Assembly: GCA_963804755.1 (NCBI GenBank) | Contig: CAWDRP010000002.1 | Span: 118,179-182,178, forward strand | Reading direction: 5' to 3' | Source of the DNA: an uncultured Acidobacteriota bacterium | GTDB taxonomy: Bacteria; Acidobacteriota; Terriglobia; UBA7540 | DNA length: 64,000 bases | Part shown: one piece after another, positions 56,565 to 64,000 of the stretch | Layout of the letters: every line of letters begins with the position of its first letter | Position numbering within the stretch: the first letter of the stretch is position 1 | Translations under genes and position numbers: made by a program | Notes under the pieces: model-generated | What the model was told of the DNA's origin: nothing | Database searches by the model: none | The model's input: only the letters and a program-made list of their open reading frames with translations

Positions 56565-57920
56565 TCAGTGAGATGACTTCACCGCGCCAAAGTGGTGTAT
56601 GTGAATGTCTTCCAGCAACTGCTCGAGTTTGGCGCTTTTTTCGACGCGATACGCGGGCGCCCCGCGCAATGCGCGGTACGCTTCCGGCAAGCGGGAAAGA
56701 TTGGCGAGGGTGCGCTCGCGAATTTCTTTCACCGGGGGCGCCGGTCCCAGGCGACTTCCGGCGCGCATGACCGGTTCGAGCAGGGGCGATGCTTGGGGAT
56801 AATCTTCGTCGGCGCAAGCAAGCAGGTCATGATGGTATTGCCCGTCACGGGAAAAACGGAAAACCTGTTTGCGGCCGGGCCAGTAAACCTTCTCCTCGCT
56901 GAATTTGGTCTTGGGCTCCACCACGCCGCCGCTTTCCGTCTCCACCAGTTTATAAACCACACTCAAGGCCGGCACGTCGCGCGAGGTCACCATTTCCGTA
57001 CCCACGCCGAAGGAATCAATCGGTGCGCCATTCGCCACCAACGCCTCGATCTTGTATTCGTTCAAATCGCCGCTGACCACGATCTTGGTGTCGCCCCGGC
57101 CGTGGCGGTCAAGAATCTGGCGAACGTGCCGCGTTTTTTCCAGCAGATCGCCACTGTCAAGCCGCACGCCCGGCACTTTGGTCTCCAGCGTAGCCGCGAT
57201 CTGTGCGCCCACCAGGGGATCGTAAGTGTCAATCAGCAGGATGGCCGAATCGGGAAAGGTCTCAAGCAGTGCCTCAAAGCTGCGCCTTTCGCTGGGAAAT
57301 ACCTGTGTCCAGGAATGCGCCGCCGTGCCCGCCAGGGGCAGATCGTAAAGCGCGCCCGCCAGCACGTTGGAGGTGGCCAAGCAACCGCCCACGCACGCCG
57401 CTCGGGCAGCTCGCACTCCCGCTTCCGGCCCGTGCGCCCGGCGCGTTCCGAATTCCAGAACGCTGCGCCCGCCGGCCGCCCGCACCACACGCGCCGCCTT
57501 CGATGCCACCAGGGTTTCGTAATGGATCACCGACAGCAGATACGTTTCCGCGATCTGGGCCTCCGCCACCGGGGCCGTCACCTGCATCAGGGGCTCTTCC
57601 GCAAAGACCACCGTGCCTTCTTGCACCGCGTGAACGTCGCCGTTGAAACGAAACTCCCGCAGGTAGTCAAAGAATTCCGGCGAAACGGTGTGAAAGGCCG
57701 GCTGTTCCAGCAGGAAGCGCACATCATCGTCACTGAACCGCAGGTTTTCCAGGTAGGCAAGCGCCGAATCAAGGCCCGCCGCCACCAGGTACGAGCGCTG
57801 TGACGGCAAATGTCGCACAAAGAGCTCGAATGTAGCGCGGCAGTCAATCCGATGCTCAAAATACGCCGCCGCCATCGTCAATTCGTAAAGGTCTACCAGT
57901 AACGCTCGATCAGTGTCCAT
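56565..57920 (-). CDS. pncB: Nicotinate phosphoribosyltransferase
   Basis: LVDLYELTMAAAYF... NAPRTase family throughout. Start placed at MDTDRALL. Confidence 0.85.
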   Translation of the reverse strand: MDTDRALLVDLYELTMAAAYFEHRIDCRATFELFVRHLPSQRSYLVAAGLDSALAYLENLRFSDDDVRFLLEQPAFHTVSPEFFDYLREFRFNGDVHAVQEGTVVFAEEPLMQVTAPVAEAQIAETYLLSVIHYETLVASKAARVVRAAGGRSVLEFGTRRAHGPEAGVRAARAACVGGCLATSNVLAGALYDLPLAGTAAHSWTQVFPSERRSFEALLETFPDSAILLIDTYDPLVGAQIAATLETKVPGVRLDSGDLLEKTRHVRQILDRHGRGDTKIVVSGDLNEYKIEALVANGAPIDSFGVGTEMVTSRDVPALSVVYKLVETESGGVVEPKTKFSEEKVYWPGRKQVFRFSRDGQYHHDLLACADEDYPQASPLLEPVMRAGSRLGPAPPVKEIRERTLANLSRLPEAYRALRGAPAYRVEKSAKLEQLLEDIHIHHFGAVKSSH

Positions 57921-58062
57921 TGCAGGGGTCCTTCGCCCAAAACCCAAGGGCAGTCCAGTATGTCGCCACGAACCAAAAGCAGTCAAGCATGGGGACGGCC
58001 CCCCGCCCCGCTCCTCCTTCCAGTAAAGGGATTCGAAAAGCAAAGTGAGTCGAATCGCACTC

Positions 58063-58926
58063 TCACACGCTCAACACCGGGCAAGGAGCGTCCCGAACCA
58101 TGGCGTAGACCAGATCTCGCAAGCGTCCCTGGGCGCCCGGTTGCGAACTTCTACCCATGATGAGCACGTCCGCGTGCAGTCTGCACGCCGCCTGGGCTAG
58201 CGCGTCCTTGACAGGGCCAACAACGATTAGCACGCGAGCATGGGAGCCCAAAGTCCTTTGCAGTTCTTCAATGCGTTTCCGGGCCGCTCGCTTTTCCACC
58301 GATTCCACACGCTCTTCGAGGTCCAATTGAACAGGCAGCCCGCGTTCAGCAGCGGGAATGGCATGAATGATGGTGAGGTTGGCGCGAACAGTTTCCGCAA
58401 GCGCTGAGGCACAGCGAAGCACACGCCCCGAATCCGCGCCCAATCCAATCGTACAGACCCATTCCCGATGCTCAAGCCCCCTGGGCGATATAGTTTCCGC
58501 ATGTTGCGTGGTCAGGACTAAACTGTCGGCATCGTTCAAAACCTTTGCCGTGGTGGATCCAAGGAGCATCCTGCGGAATACTCCGGCATGGGTAGGCATG
58601 ACGATCAACTCGAAACCGCGCTCCCGCGCGATCGTGGAGATTTGAGCGGCTGCTTCTCCCAGCGCCAGTAATCTTGGTGTCTTGCGCACTGGGAATTCCG
58701 AGGAAAGGTACGATTTAAGTCTGTCGCAGGCGCATTTTTTGCGGTCCTCTTCGATGTCCGGCACGGGGCGCGCCAGCGGCTCGAATCCCGCAGCAGAAGG
58801 CTCGAGAACGTTCAAAAGGGTTACTTTGGCAGCCAGCATCGTTGCCGCGCGATTGACGAAGGGCCCCATGGCATCGCACGAGGCCGAGAAATCCACCGGG
58901 AACAGAATCTTCTGAATCTTCAGCAT
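58063..58926 (-). CDS. Universal stress protein, tandem UspA domains
   Basis: Two Usp domains (ILFPVDFS... and ...VLSV ends). Confidence 0.75.
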   Translation of the reverse strand: MLKIQKILFPVDFSASCDAMGPFVNRAATMLAAKVTLLNVLEPSAAGFEPLARPVPDIEEDRKKCACDRLKSYLSSEFPVRKTPRLLALGEAAAQISTIARERGFELIVMPTHAGVFRRMLLGSTTAKVLNDADSLVLTTQHAETISPRGLEHREWVCTIGLGADSGRVLRCASALAETVRANLTIIHAIPAAERGLPVQLDLEERVESVEKRAARKRIEELQRTLGSHARVLIVVGPVKDALAQAACRLHADVLIMGRSSQPGAQGRLRDLVYAMVRDAPCPVLSV

Positions 58927-58988
58927 AGACCGATTCCTAATTGGGAGGCTGGTCCGGGTCGCCTGCACCGCTCCAAGCGCTCCAAGCG

Positions 58989-59279
58989 TCAGCGCATTGC
59001 GGCACCAGCCTCCGAAAAGGGTTCAATCATTTGCTCATCGACGTAGCACCATCCCCAGTCCTCGCCGGATTCGAGTGATCGCATGATAGGGTGATGCGTC
59101 TTGTGAAAGTGCTTGGTGGCGTGCCGGTTCTTTGAAGAGTCGCAGCAGCCGACGTGGCCGCAGGTCTCGCAGATACGAAGATGAACCCACAAGTCGCCCA
59201 GTTTTAAACACTCCTCGCACCCATCGGTGTTGGGCGATGGGTGACGTATTTGGTCAACATGTGAACAGATCTGTGGCAT
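58989..59279 (-). CDS. UBP-type zinc-finger (zf-UBP) domain protein
   Basis: C-x2-C ... WVHLRICETCGHVGCCDSSKNRHATKHFHKTHHPI ... WGWCYVD matches the zf-UBP Cys/His scaffold. Confidence 0.7.
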   Translation of the reverse strand: MPQICSHVDQIRHPSPNTDGCEECLKLGDLWVHLRICETCGHVGCCDSSKNRHATKHFHKTHHPIMRSLESGEDWGWCYVDEQMIEPFSEAGAAMR

Positions 59280-59291
59280 TTCATTCCTCCA

Positions 59292-60776
59292 TTAAGCAGT
59301 GGCGGCCGGGGTAGTGGGCTGGGTTATGGGCAAGTAAATCTGGAATCGAGTATCTCCGGGGTGCGAATCAACGCGGATTTCGCCATGGTGGTTTCTAATG
59401 ATGCGGCACGCCGTGTCCAGCCCCAGCCCCGTTCCCTCTCCTATCGCCTTGGTGGTGAAGAAAGGCTCAAAAATGTGCGGCAGAACTTCGGGAGGTATCC
59501 CTGGCCCGTTGTCTCCAACCTCCACAAGCACGCGATCAAGTTCCTGCGCGGTTCGCACCCTCAGCTCGCCCTTGCCATTCATGGCTTCGATGGCGTTAGT
59601 GATCAAGTTGGTCCAAATCTGGTTCAACTCACCGCCGTACGCGCAGATCTTGGGCAGATTTTTGGCATAATCGCGGACAACATGGATTCCGCCTTTCAAG
59701 CGGTGGTGAAGCATCGTCAGAGTGTTCTCGAGCCCCTGATGCAGATCGATTTCCTGCATCGATGCCTGGTCCATATAGGAGTATTCCTTGATGGCGCGAA
59801 CCAGGTCCGAGATGCGCCGGGTGCTGATCTCAATCTCGCTGATCAGTTTCGAGATGGTCAAAATCGAGGTGATGCGGGTGAGGGCATCGCACAGGACGTC
59901 GTCGCCAACTTGGGTGGCCAAAGCTTCCAATTTCGGTACTTCGACGCCCGCATCAGCAAGTACTGGCGCGACCTCCCAAGCATCCGGAAGATGGCGTCCC
60001 TCCAGCCAGGTGGTGATACGCTCTTCGCGATCACTTTGAACGAGGGGATCGGCGGGAACGGTGGGAGCTTCCAACGCCTCCCCCTCGAACCGGATAATCA
60101 GTTCGCGTTGTTCGCCGGAAAGTGCATGGCGGGCCAGCCGAATGCCGGCATCGCGCACCGTCACGAGCGCCTCACGAAGGCTGGCAGTTGCCCGTTGCGC
60201 CGCAGCGGCCGGGTTGTTCAGCTCATGCGCCAACCCTGCGGAAAGCTTGCCAAGCGCCGTCAACTTCTCGCGTTGGGTGTCAATCCGGGTGGTCTCACGG
60301 ATGCGGTCTGCCATTATCGCCACCAAACGCGGACCGAGCGGAGGGATGCGCTGCATCATCTCCGGGAAAAACCTTTTGTGAAGGCGCACGATGCGAGTAG
60401 GCATTACAGCGCGCGCCGTGCCGCTGAAGTGCGTCAGTCGGGAGTATGGGAGCAGGCCCGTAACTTGGCCGGCGAAGGCGACATAAATAGACCCCTCCGC
60501 TTCGCTCCCTCGCTGATAGCGTATCTCGCCTTCCAGAACCACGTTCAGATACTCCACCGGGTCGCCCGGACGGACAAGAATGGCACCCGCCTGGTAACGG
60601 ACTTCCTCAAACCTTTCGGCGAGCCAGGCGAGCTGCTCCGGCGTGAGGTCTGAGAAGACTTCGATCTTGCGCAGGTCCTCAATCAAACCGCTCCGCGTTA
60701 CGCTATTAACGTTCTCGGCCAAGTTACACCTCACTGAGGTATTGATGGGTGAACTGTACGGCAATTGAGCCTTCAC
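59292..60776 (-). CDS. Cytoplasmic sensor histidine kinase with an N-terminal cyclic-nucleotide-binding (CAP effector-like) domain
   Basis: cNMP-binding beta-barrel (VFSDLTPEQLAWLAERFEEVRYQAGAILVRPGDPVEYLNVVLEGEI), HisKA (LAHELNNP) and HATPase (GTGLGLDTACRIIRNHHGEIRV). The start may lie ~20 codons inside, because the ORF overlaps the upstream gene by 53 nt. Confidence 0.75.
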   Translation of the reverse strand: MKAQLPYSSPINTSVRCNLAENVNSVTRSGLIEDLRKIEVFSDLTPEQLAWLAERFEEVRYQAGAILVRPGDPVEYLNVVLEGEIRYQRGSEAEGSIYVAFAGQVTGLLPYSRLTHFSGTARAVMPTRIVRLHKRFFPEMMQRIPPLGPRLVAIMADRIRETTRIDTQREKLTALGKLSAGLAHELNNPAAAAQRATASLREALVTVRDAGIRLARHALSGEQRELIIRFEGEALEAPTVPADPLVQSDREERITTWLEGRHLPDAWEVAPVLADAGVEVPKLEALATQVGDDVLCDALTRITSILTISKLISEIEISTRRISDLVRAIKEYSYMDQASMQEIDLHQGLENTLTMLHHRLKGGIHVVRDYAKNLPKICAYGGELNQIWTNLITNAIEAMNGKGELRVRTAQELDRVLVEVGDNGPGIPPEVLPHIFEPFFTTKAIGEGTGLGLDTACRIIRNHHGEIRVDSHPGDTRFQIYLPITQPTTPAATA

Positions 60777-62394
60777 CCACGCCCGATGCTACTCGTTTCA
60801 CCGAACCGTGGCGGACGTCGCCCGCGGCAAAGATGCCCGGCACACTGGTTTCCGGCCAGTAGGGATCCCGGCTCAGGGGCCAACTTGCGGGCCATTTGCC
60901 GTCGCGCATCAGGTCCGATCCAGTCAGAATAAAACCCCGCTCATCACGCTCCACCACGCCCGCTAGCCATTCCGTAAGAGGTTCGGCGCCAATAAATATC
61001 GCCAGCATGTTGGTGGGCGCCTTGAACGTTTCGCCGCTCGTGTCGCAGCAAATGGAAATGGCTTCGAGGTGGTCCTGGCCGTGGGCTTCCACCACCCGGC
61101 AGTGCGTTTCAACCTGGATATTCGGCGTTTTCTTGATCTGGTCGATCAGGTACTGCGACATCGACGCGGAGAGCGACTCGCCACGAACCAGCATCACGAC
61201 TCGCCGGGCGTACTTGGAAAAATACATCGCCGCCTGTCCGGCCGAGTTCGCACCACCCACAATGTAAACGTCCTCCCCGCGGCACGACATGGCCTCGGTC
61301 ATGGCTGAGCCGTAGTAAACACCGGCTCCTTGCAGACGCTCGGCGCCAGGCACGTTAAGCTTGCGGTAGGAGACACCCGTGGCAATCAGGAGGACTTTGC
61401 AACCGATGTTCACTCCCCCTTGTAATGTGACCGTGCGGGAAGGGCCTTCCACCGTCACACGGGTGACTTGTTGGGGAGATAGAATCTCGACGCCGAAACG
61501 CCGGGCCTGGGCGACTGCGCGACGTGCCAAGTCGCCGCCGCTCAATCCGGAAGGAAACCCCAGATAATTCTCAATGCGGGAGCTCATTCCCGCCTGCCCG
61601 CCGGGAGCGTCCATTTCAATCAGCACCGTGCGCAGTCCCTCGGATGCTCCGTATACCGCCGCCGCCAATCCGGCGGGCCCGCCGCCGGCGATCACCATAT
61701 CGTAGAACGCGATCTCGGGACTAACGCGCAGGCCGAGTTTTTCCGCTATTTGGGTGATGGTAGGAGTCGTCAAGGAGGAACCATCGGGAAAAAGCACCAT
61801 CGGTAGGGACGAAACTTCCGCGCCTGCCGCCTCGATTAAACTATGGTGCTCGGAACTCTGCCCTGCCGTCTCCACGTCGACCCATTGATAAGGTGTTTGG
61901 TTGCGCGCCAGAAAATCCCGGATGACGTAAGATTGAGGAGACCAGCGGGTACCGAGAACACGTACGCCCTCAAAAGGCGGCCGGAACGATGCGGTCCAGT
62001 CTCCCAACAGGTCATCGAGCACCGGGTAGAGGTTCTCTTCCGGTGGATCCCACGGCTTCAGCAGATAGTGGTGAATTCGTGCCTCATTAATGGCGCGAAT
62101 CGCCGCGTCGGTATCCGCATAAGCGGTCAAGAGAACGCGCTTGGCGTCCGGGAAAAGATCCATCGCTTGTTCGAGGAATTCCACGCCGGTCAACTGCGGC
62201 ATCCGCTGATCGGCCAGAAGCAAAGCTACGGAAACATTCCGACGCTTGAGCCCGCGCAGCGATTCCAGTGCAACCGCGCCAGAGTCCGCGCGCAAAACTC
62301 GAAACCGGTCTGCATACCGGCGCCGAAGGTCCCGCTCGATAGCCCGCAGTACCTCGGGGTCATCATCAACTGTTAATAAGACAGGTTTCTGCAT
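60724..62394 (-). CDS. Response-regulator receiver fused to a thioredoxin-reductase-like FAD/NAD(P) flavoprotein that lacks the CxxC redox centre
   Basis: REC (LLTVDDDPEVL...LLLADQRMP...KPWD), a middle thioredoxin-like segment, then a TrxB-like domain (VIAGGGPAGLAAAVYGAS...VYIVGGANSAGQAAMYF...GIFAAGDV). MTEAMSC sits where the CATC of TrxB would be. Confidence 0.75.
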   Translation of the reverse strand: MQKPVLLTVDDDPEVLRAIERDLRRRYADRFRVLRADSGAVALESLRGLKRRNVSVALLLADQRMPQLTGVEFLEQAMDLFPDAKRVLLTAYADTDAAIRAINEARIHHYLLKPWDPPEENLYPVLDDLLGDWTASFRPPFEGVRVLGTRWSPQSYVIRDFLARNQTPYQWVDVETAGQSSEHHSLIEAAGAEVSSLPMVLFPDGSSLTTPTITQIAEKLGLRVSPEIAFYDMVIAGGGPAGLAAAVYGASEGLRTVLIEMDAPGGQAGMSSRIENYLGFPSGLSGGDLARRAVAQARRFGVEILSPQQVTRVTVEGPSRTVTLQGGVNIGCKVLLIATGVSYRKLNVPGAERLQGAGVYYGSAMTEAMSCRGEDVYIVGGANSAGQAAMYFSKYARRVVMLVRGESLSASMSQYLIDQIKKTPNIQVETHCRVVEAHGQDHLEAISICCDTSGETFKAPTNMLAIFIGAEPLTEWLAGVVERDERGFILTGSDLMRDGKWPASWPLSRDPYWPETSVPGIFAAGDVRHGSVKRVASGVGEGSIAVQFTHQYLSEV

Positions 62395-62403
62395 AATGAC
62401 ATA

Positions 62404-63669
62404 TCACCAAAGCTTGACGTGCGGTTCCACTGACATTCCGGGCCTGAGCGGATGCGCGCGATCCTGGCCTTTATCGAACACGATCTTTACCGGAATTCGC
62501 TGCACGACCTTCACGTAATTTCCCGTGGCGTTTTCGGGTGGTAGTAAGCTGAAACGGGCTCCGCTGGCGCCCGCAATGTTGAGAACATGCCCATCGTAGG
62601 TGCGATCATAGGTATCGACGGAAATCCTGACGGGCTGGCCGGGCCGCATATACTTCAGTTGGGTTTCCTTGAAATCGGCGGTCACCCAGATATTCTGGCT
62701 GTCCAAAGGGACGATCGTCATGAGTTGCTGGCCCGGCGATACGTTCTGGCCCGGCTGGACCGAACGTTGCCCCACGACCCCGCTGACGGGCGCCACGATG
62801 GTGGTGTACTGCAAGTTCAATTCCGCTTGGTGCAAGACGGCCAATGCCCGCTGCGTCTCGGCGGCCGCTGCGCGCGCCCGGGAGTTTTGGACCGAAATCT
62901 GCTGCGGGCGAGTCTCCGCATATTGCAACTGTGCTTCAGCTTCCGCCAGCCGGGCGCGGGCCTGAGCGACGGACTGTTCCGCTCTGGCGGCATCGGCCTG
63001 CGAGCCCTGGACAGCGGCGGCGGTGGCCTTCTCGCTATCGACGGCTTGAGTATAACGTTGCTGAGGAATCTCATCCTTAGCCGCCAGTGGCTTGAACCTG
63101 TTCACATCGTCCTGCGCCTTTAAATCGTTCGCTTCGGCCTGTAGCACCGCTGCCTGCGCGGCGTCGAATTGGCGTTGCGCGGCCTCGAGGCCGGCAGTGG
63201 CATTTTGGATGTCCGCTCGAGCGCTGGAAAGCTGGCTGGAAGTGTTTACGGAAGTGAGCGGGACGGTTGTAGCACTAGCTGCCGCACTTGCCTGATCGTT
63301 CGCGAACGTGGCAGTGGCATTGGCCACCGCGACACGGAAGTCTTCCGGATCAAGTTGCACCAACACGGTGCCGGCTTCGACGTATTGGTTATCGTCGACG
63401 GTCACGCGCGTTACATACCCCGAGACACGGGAGCTGACGGGGTAGATGTAACCGTCGATCTCCGCGTCGTCGGTTGACTCCCAGGCGGCGAAGTGCCGAT
63501 ACAGTAGAACCGATGCGACGCCAATCACGAGCACAACCGCCAGGATAAGTAATACCTTTCGTAACTTCCGCGGGCGTGCAGGCGGTTTTCCCGGGCCCAC
63601 TCCGGTGCCCGATAACTTTACGTCACCGGTCCTCTGTGTGTCTCGAACCTGTGTCACTGCGTCTGCCAT
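62404..63669 (-). CDS. HlyD/EmrA-type periplasmic adaptor (membrane fusion protein)
   Basis: N-terminal TM, coiled coils, YVTRVTVDDNQYVEAGTVLVQLDPEDF hairpin and lipoyl-like regions. Confidence 0.8.
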   Translation of the reverse strand: MADAVTQVRDTQRTGDVKLSGTGVGPGKPPARPRKLRKVLLILAVVLVIGVASVLLYRHFAAWESTDDAEIDGYIYPVSSRVSGYVTRVTVDDNQYVEAGTVLVQLDPEDFRVAVANATATFANDQASAAASATTVPLTSVNTSSQLSSARADIQNATAGLEAAQRQFDAAQAAVLQAEANDLKAQDDVNRFKPLAAKDEIPQQRYTQAVDSEKATAAAVQGSQADAARAEQSVAQARARLAEAEAQLQYAETRPQQISVQNSRARAAAAETQRALAVLHQAELNLQYTTIVAPVSGVVGQRSVQPGQNVSPGQQLMTIVPLDSQNIWVTADFKETQLKYMRPGQPVRISVDTYDRTYDGHVLNIAGASGARFSLLPPENATGNYVKVVQRIPVKIVFDKGQDRAHPLRPGMSVEPHVKLW

Positions 63670-63671
63670 AT

Positions 63672-64000
63672 TTACCTCACTCCCAAATATTGAAGCGCGG
63701 ATTGCTCGGCGACCCCGAGCGCCTCCGCGAGTGAGAGTTTTGCCTCGTTAAACGCGTAGAGGCTTGAGATGTAAGATTGATTGGCGGTGGCTACGGATTC
63801 CTGCGCTTGAACCACTTCGAGATTGTCCGCCACACCCGCTCTAAAGCGGTCCCGGGCTTGGGCCAACGTCTGGTCGGCAAGATCGATGTTGCTTTTGCTC
63901 ACCGCCACCAGATCGGTTGAGGACTTGAGGTTAAAGAAGGCGGTGCGCACTTGATCGTCGATCTTCCCTTCAAGATCCGCGAGTTCCGCCTTGCGTTGTT
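63672..64000 (-). CDS. TolC-family outer membrane efflux protein, C-terminal part (gene continues beyond the window end)
   Basis: ...DLADQTLAQARDRFRAGVADNLEVVQAQESVATANQSYISSLYAFNEAKLSLAEALG is a TolC/OprM C-terminal repeat. Confidence 0.6.
   Translation of the reverse strand, partial: QRKAELADLEGKIDDQVRTAFFNLKSSTDLVAVSKSNIDLADQTLAQARDRFRAGVADNLEVVQAQESVATANQSYISSLYAFNEAKLSLAEALGVAEQSALQYLGVR

Overview
This is a high-GC chromosomal segment that looks like a soil Acidobacteria (Terriglobia/Solibacter-like) genome. It encodes a TIGR03435-family protein, a CarboxypepD_reg-type TonB-dependent receptor and many Tat/Sec-exported peptidases and glycosidases, and it uses GGAGG ribosome-binding sites. 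I can support about 55 protein genes. I found no rRNA, tRNA or CRISPR array.

Gene content, in order: a GH5 glycosidase, a tricorn-like S41 protease, a Tat-signal enolase-superfamily enzyme and an S9 peptidase. Next comes a tandem array of FecR-domain secreted paralogs with Trp-rich modules and Gly/Ser-rich tails ending in HH, whose middle copy has been gutted. After that are an ACS-type MFS transporter with a Gfo/Idh/MocA oxidoreductase, and a GH116 gene divergent from a TonB-dependent receptor. A low-GC islet of toxin-antitoxin genes follows, including a truncated DUF3368 toxin. It abuts a PQQ dehydrogenase whose Tat signal is out of frame with the enzyme body, paired with a pentaheme cytochrome c. 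Further on are an MBL hydrolase, hicAB, an nfeD-flotillin operon with a small beta-carbonic-anhydrase-like ORF, an M24 peptidase, three vapBC pairs, a POT transporter, yggU, yggS, tmk, holB, an Hfq-like Sm protein and a frameshifted BshA-like GT4. Then come an M48 peptidase with TonB, an NmrA-like reductase, pncA-pncB, tandem Usp and a bacterial zf-UBP protein. The window ends with a cNMP-binding histidine kinase paired with a receiver fused to a CxxC-less TrxR-like flavoprotein, and a HlyD-TolC efflux pair (TolC partial at the window end).

The most unusual signals are non-coding:
- A family of large hairpins built from tandem 7-nt repeats. Three of the four sit between a stop codon and the next start inside operons, directly abutting the downstream ribosome-binding site.
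- A REP/REPIN-like double-hairpin repeat family, with two ~240-bp composite copies and two solo copies.
- A 1.36-kb gene-free yggS-tmk spacer carrying a perfect TTGACA-N17-TATAGT promoter, a terminator-like heptamer hairpin, and GACATTTTGG direct repeats phased at 21 bp.

Two apparent 1-nt frameshifts, both at homopolymer runs (bshA-like gene and PQQ dehydrogenase), are either sequencing indels or recent pseudogenisation. All coordinates derived from ORF-track arithmetic should be good to about +/-3 nt; reading individual nucleotides by eye could be off by one.
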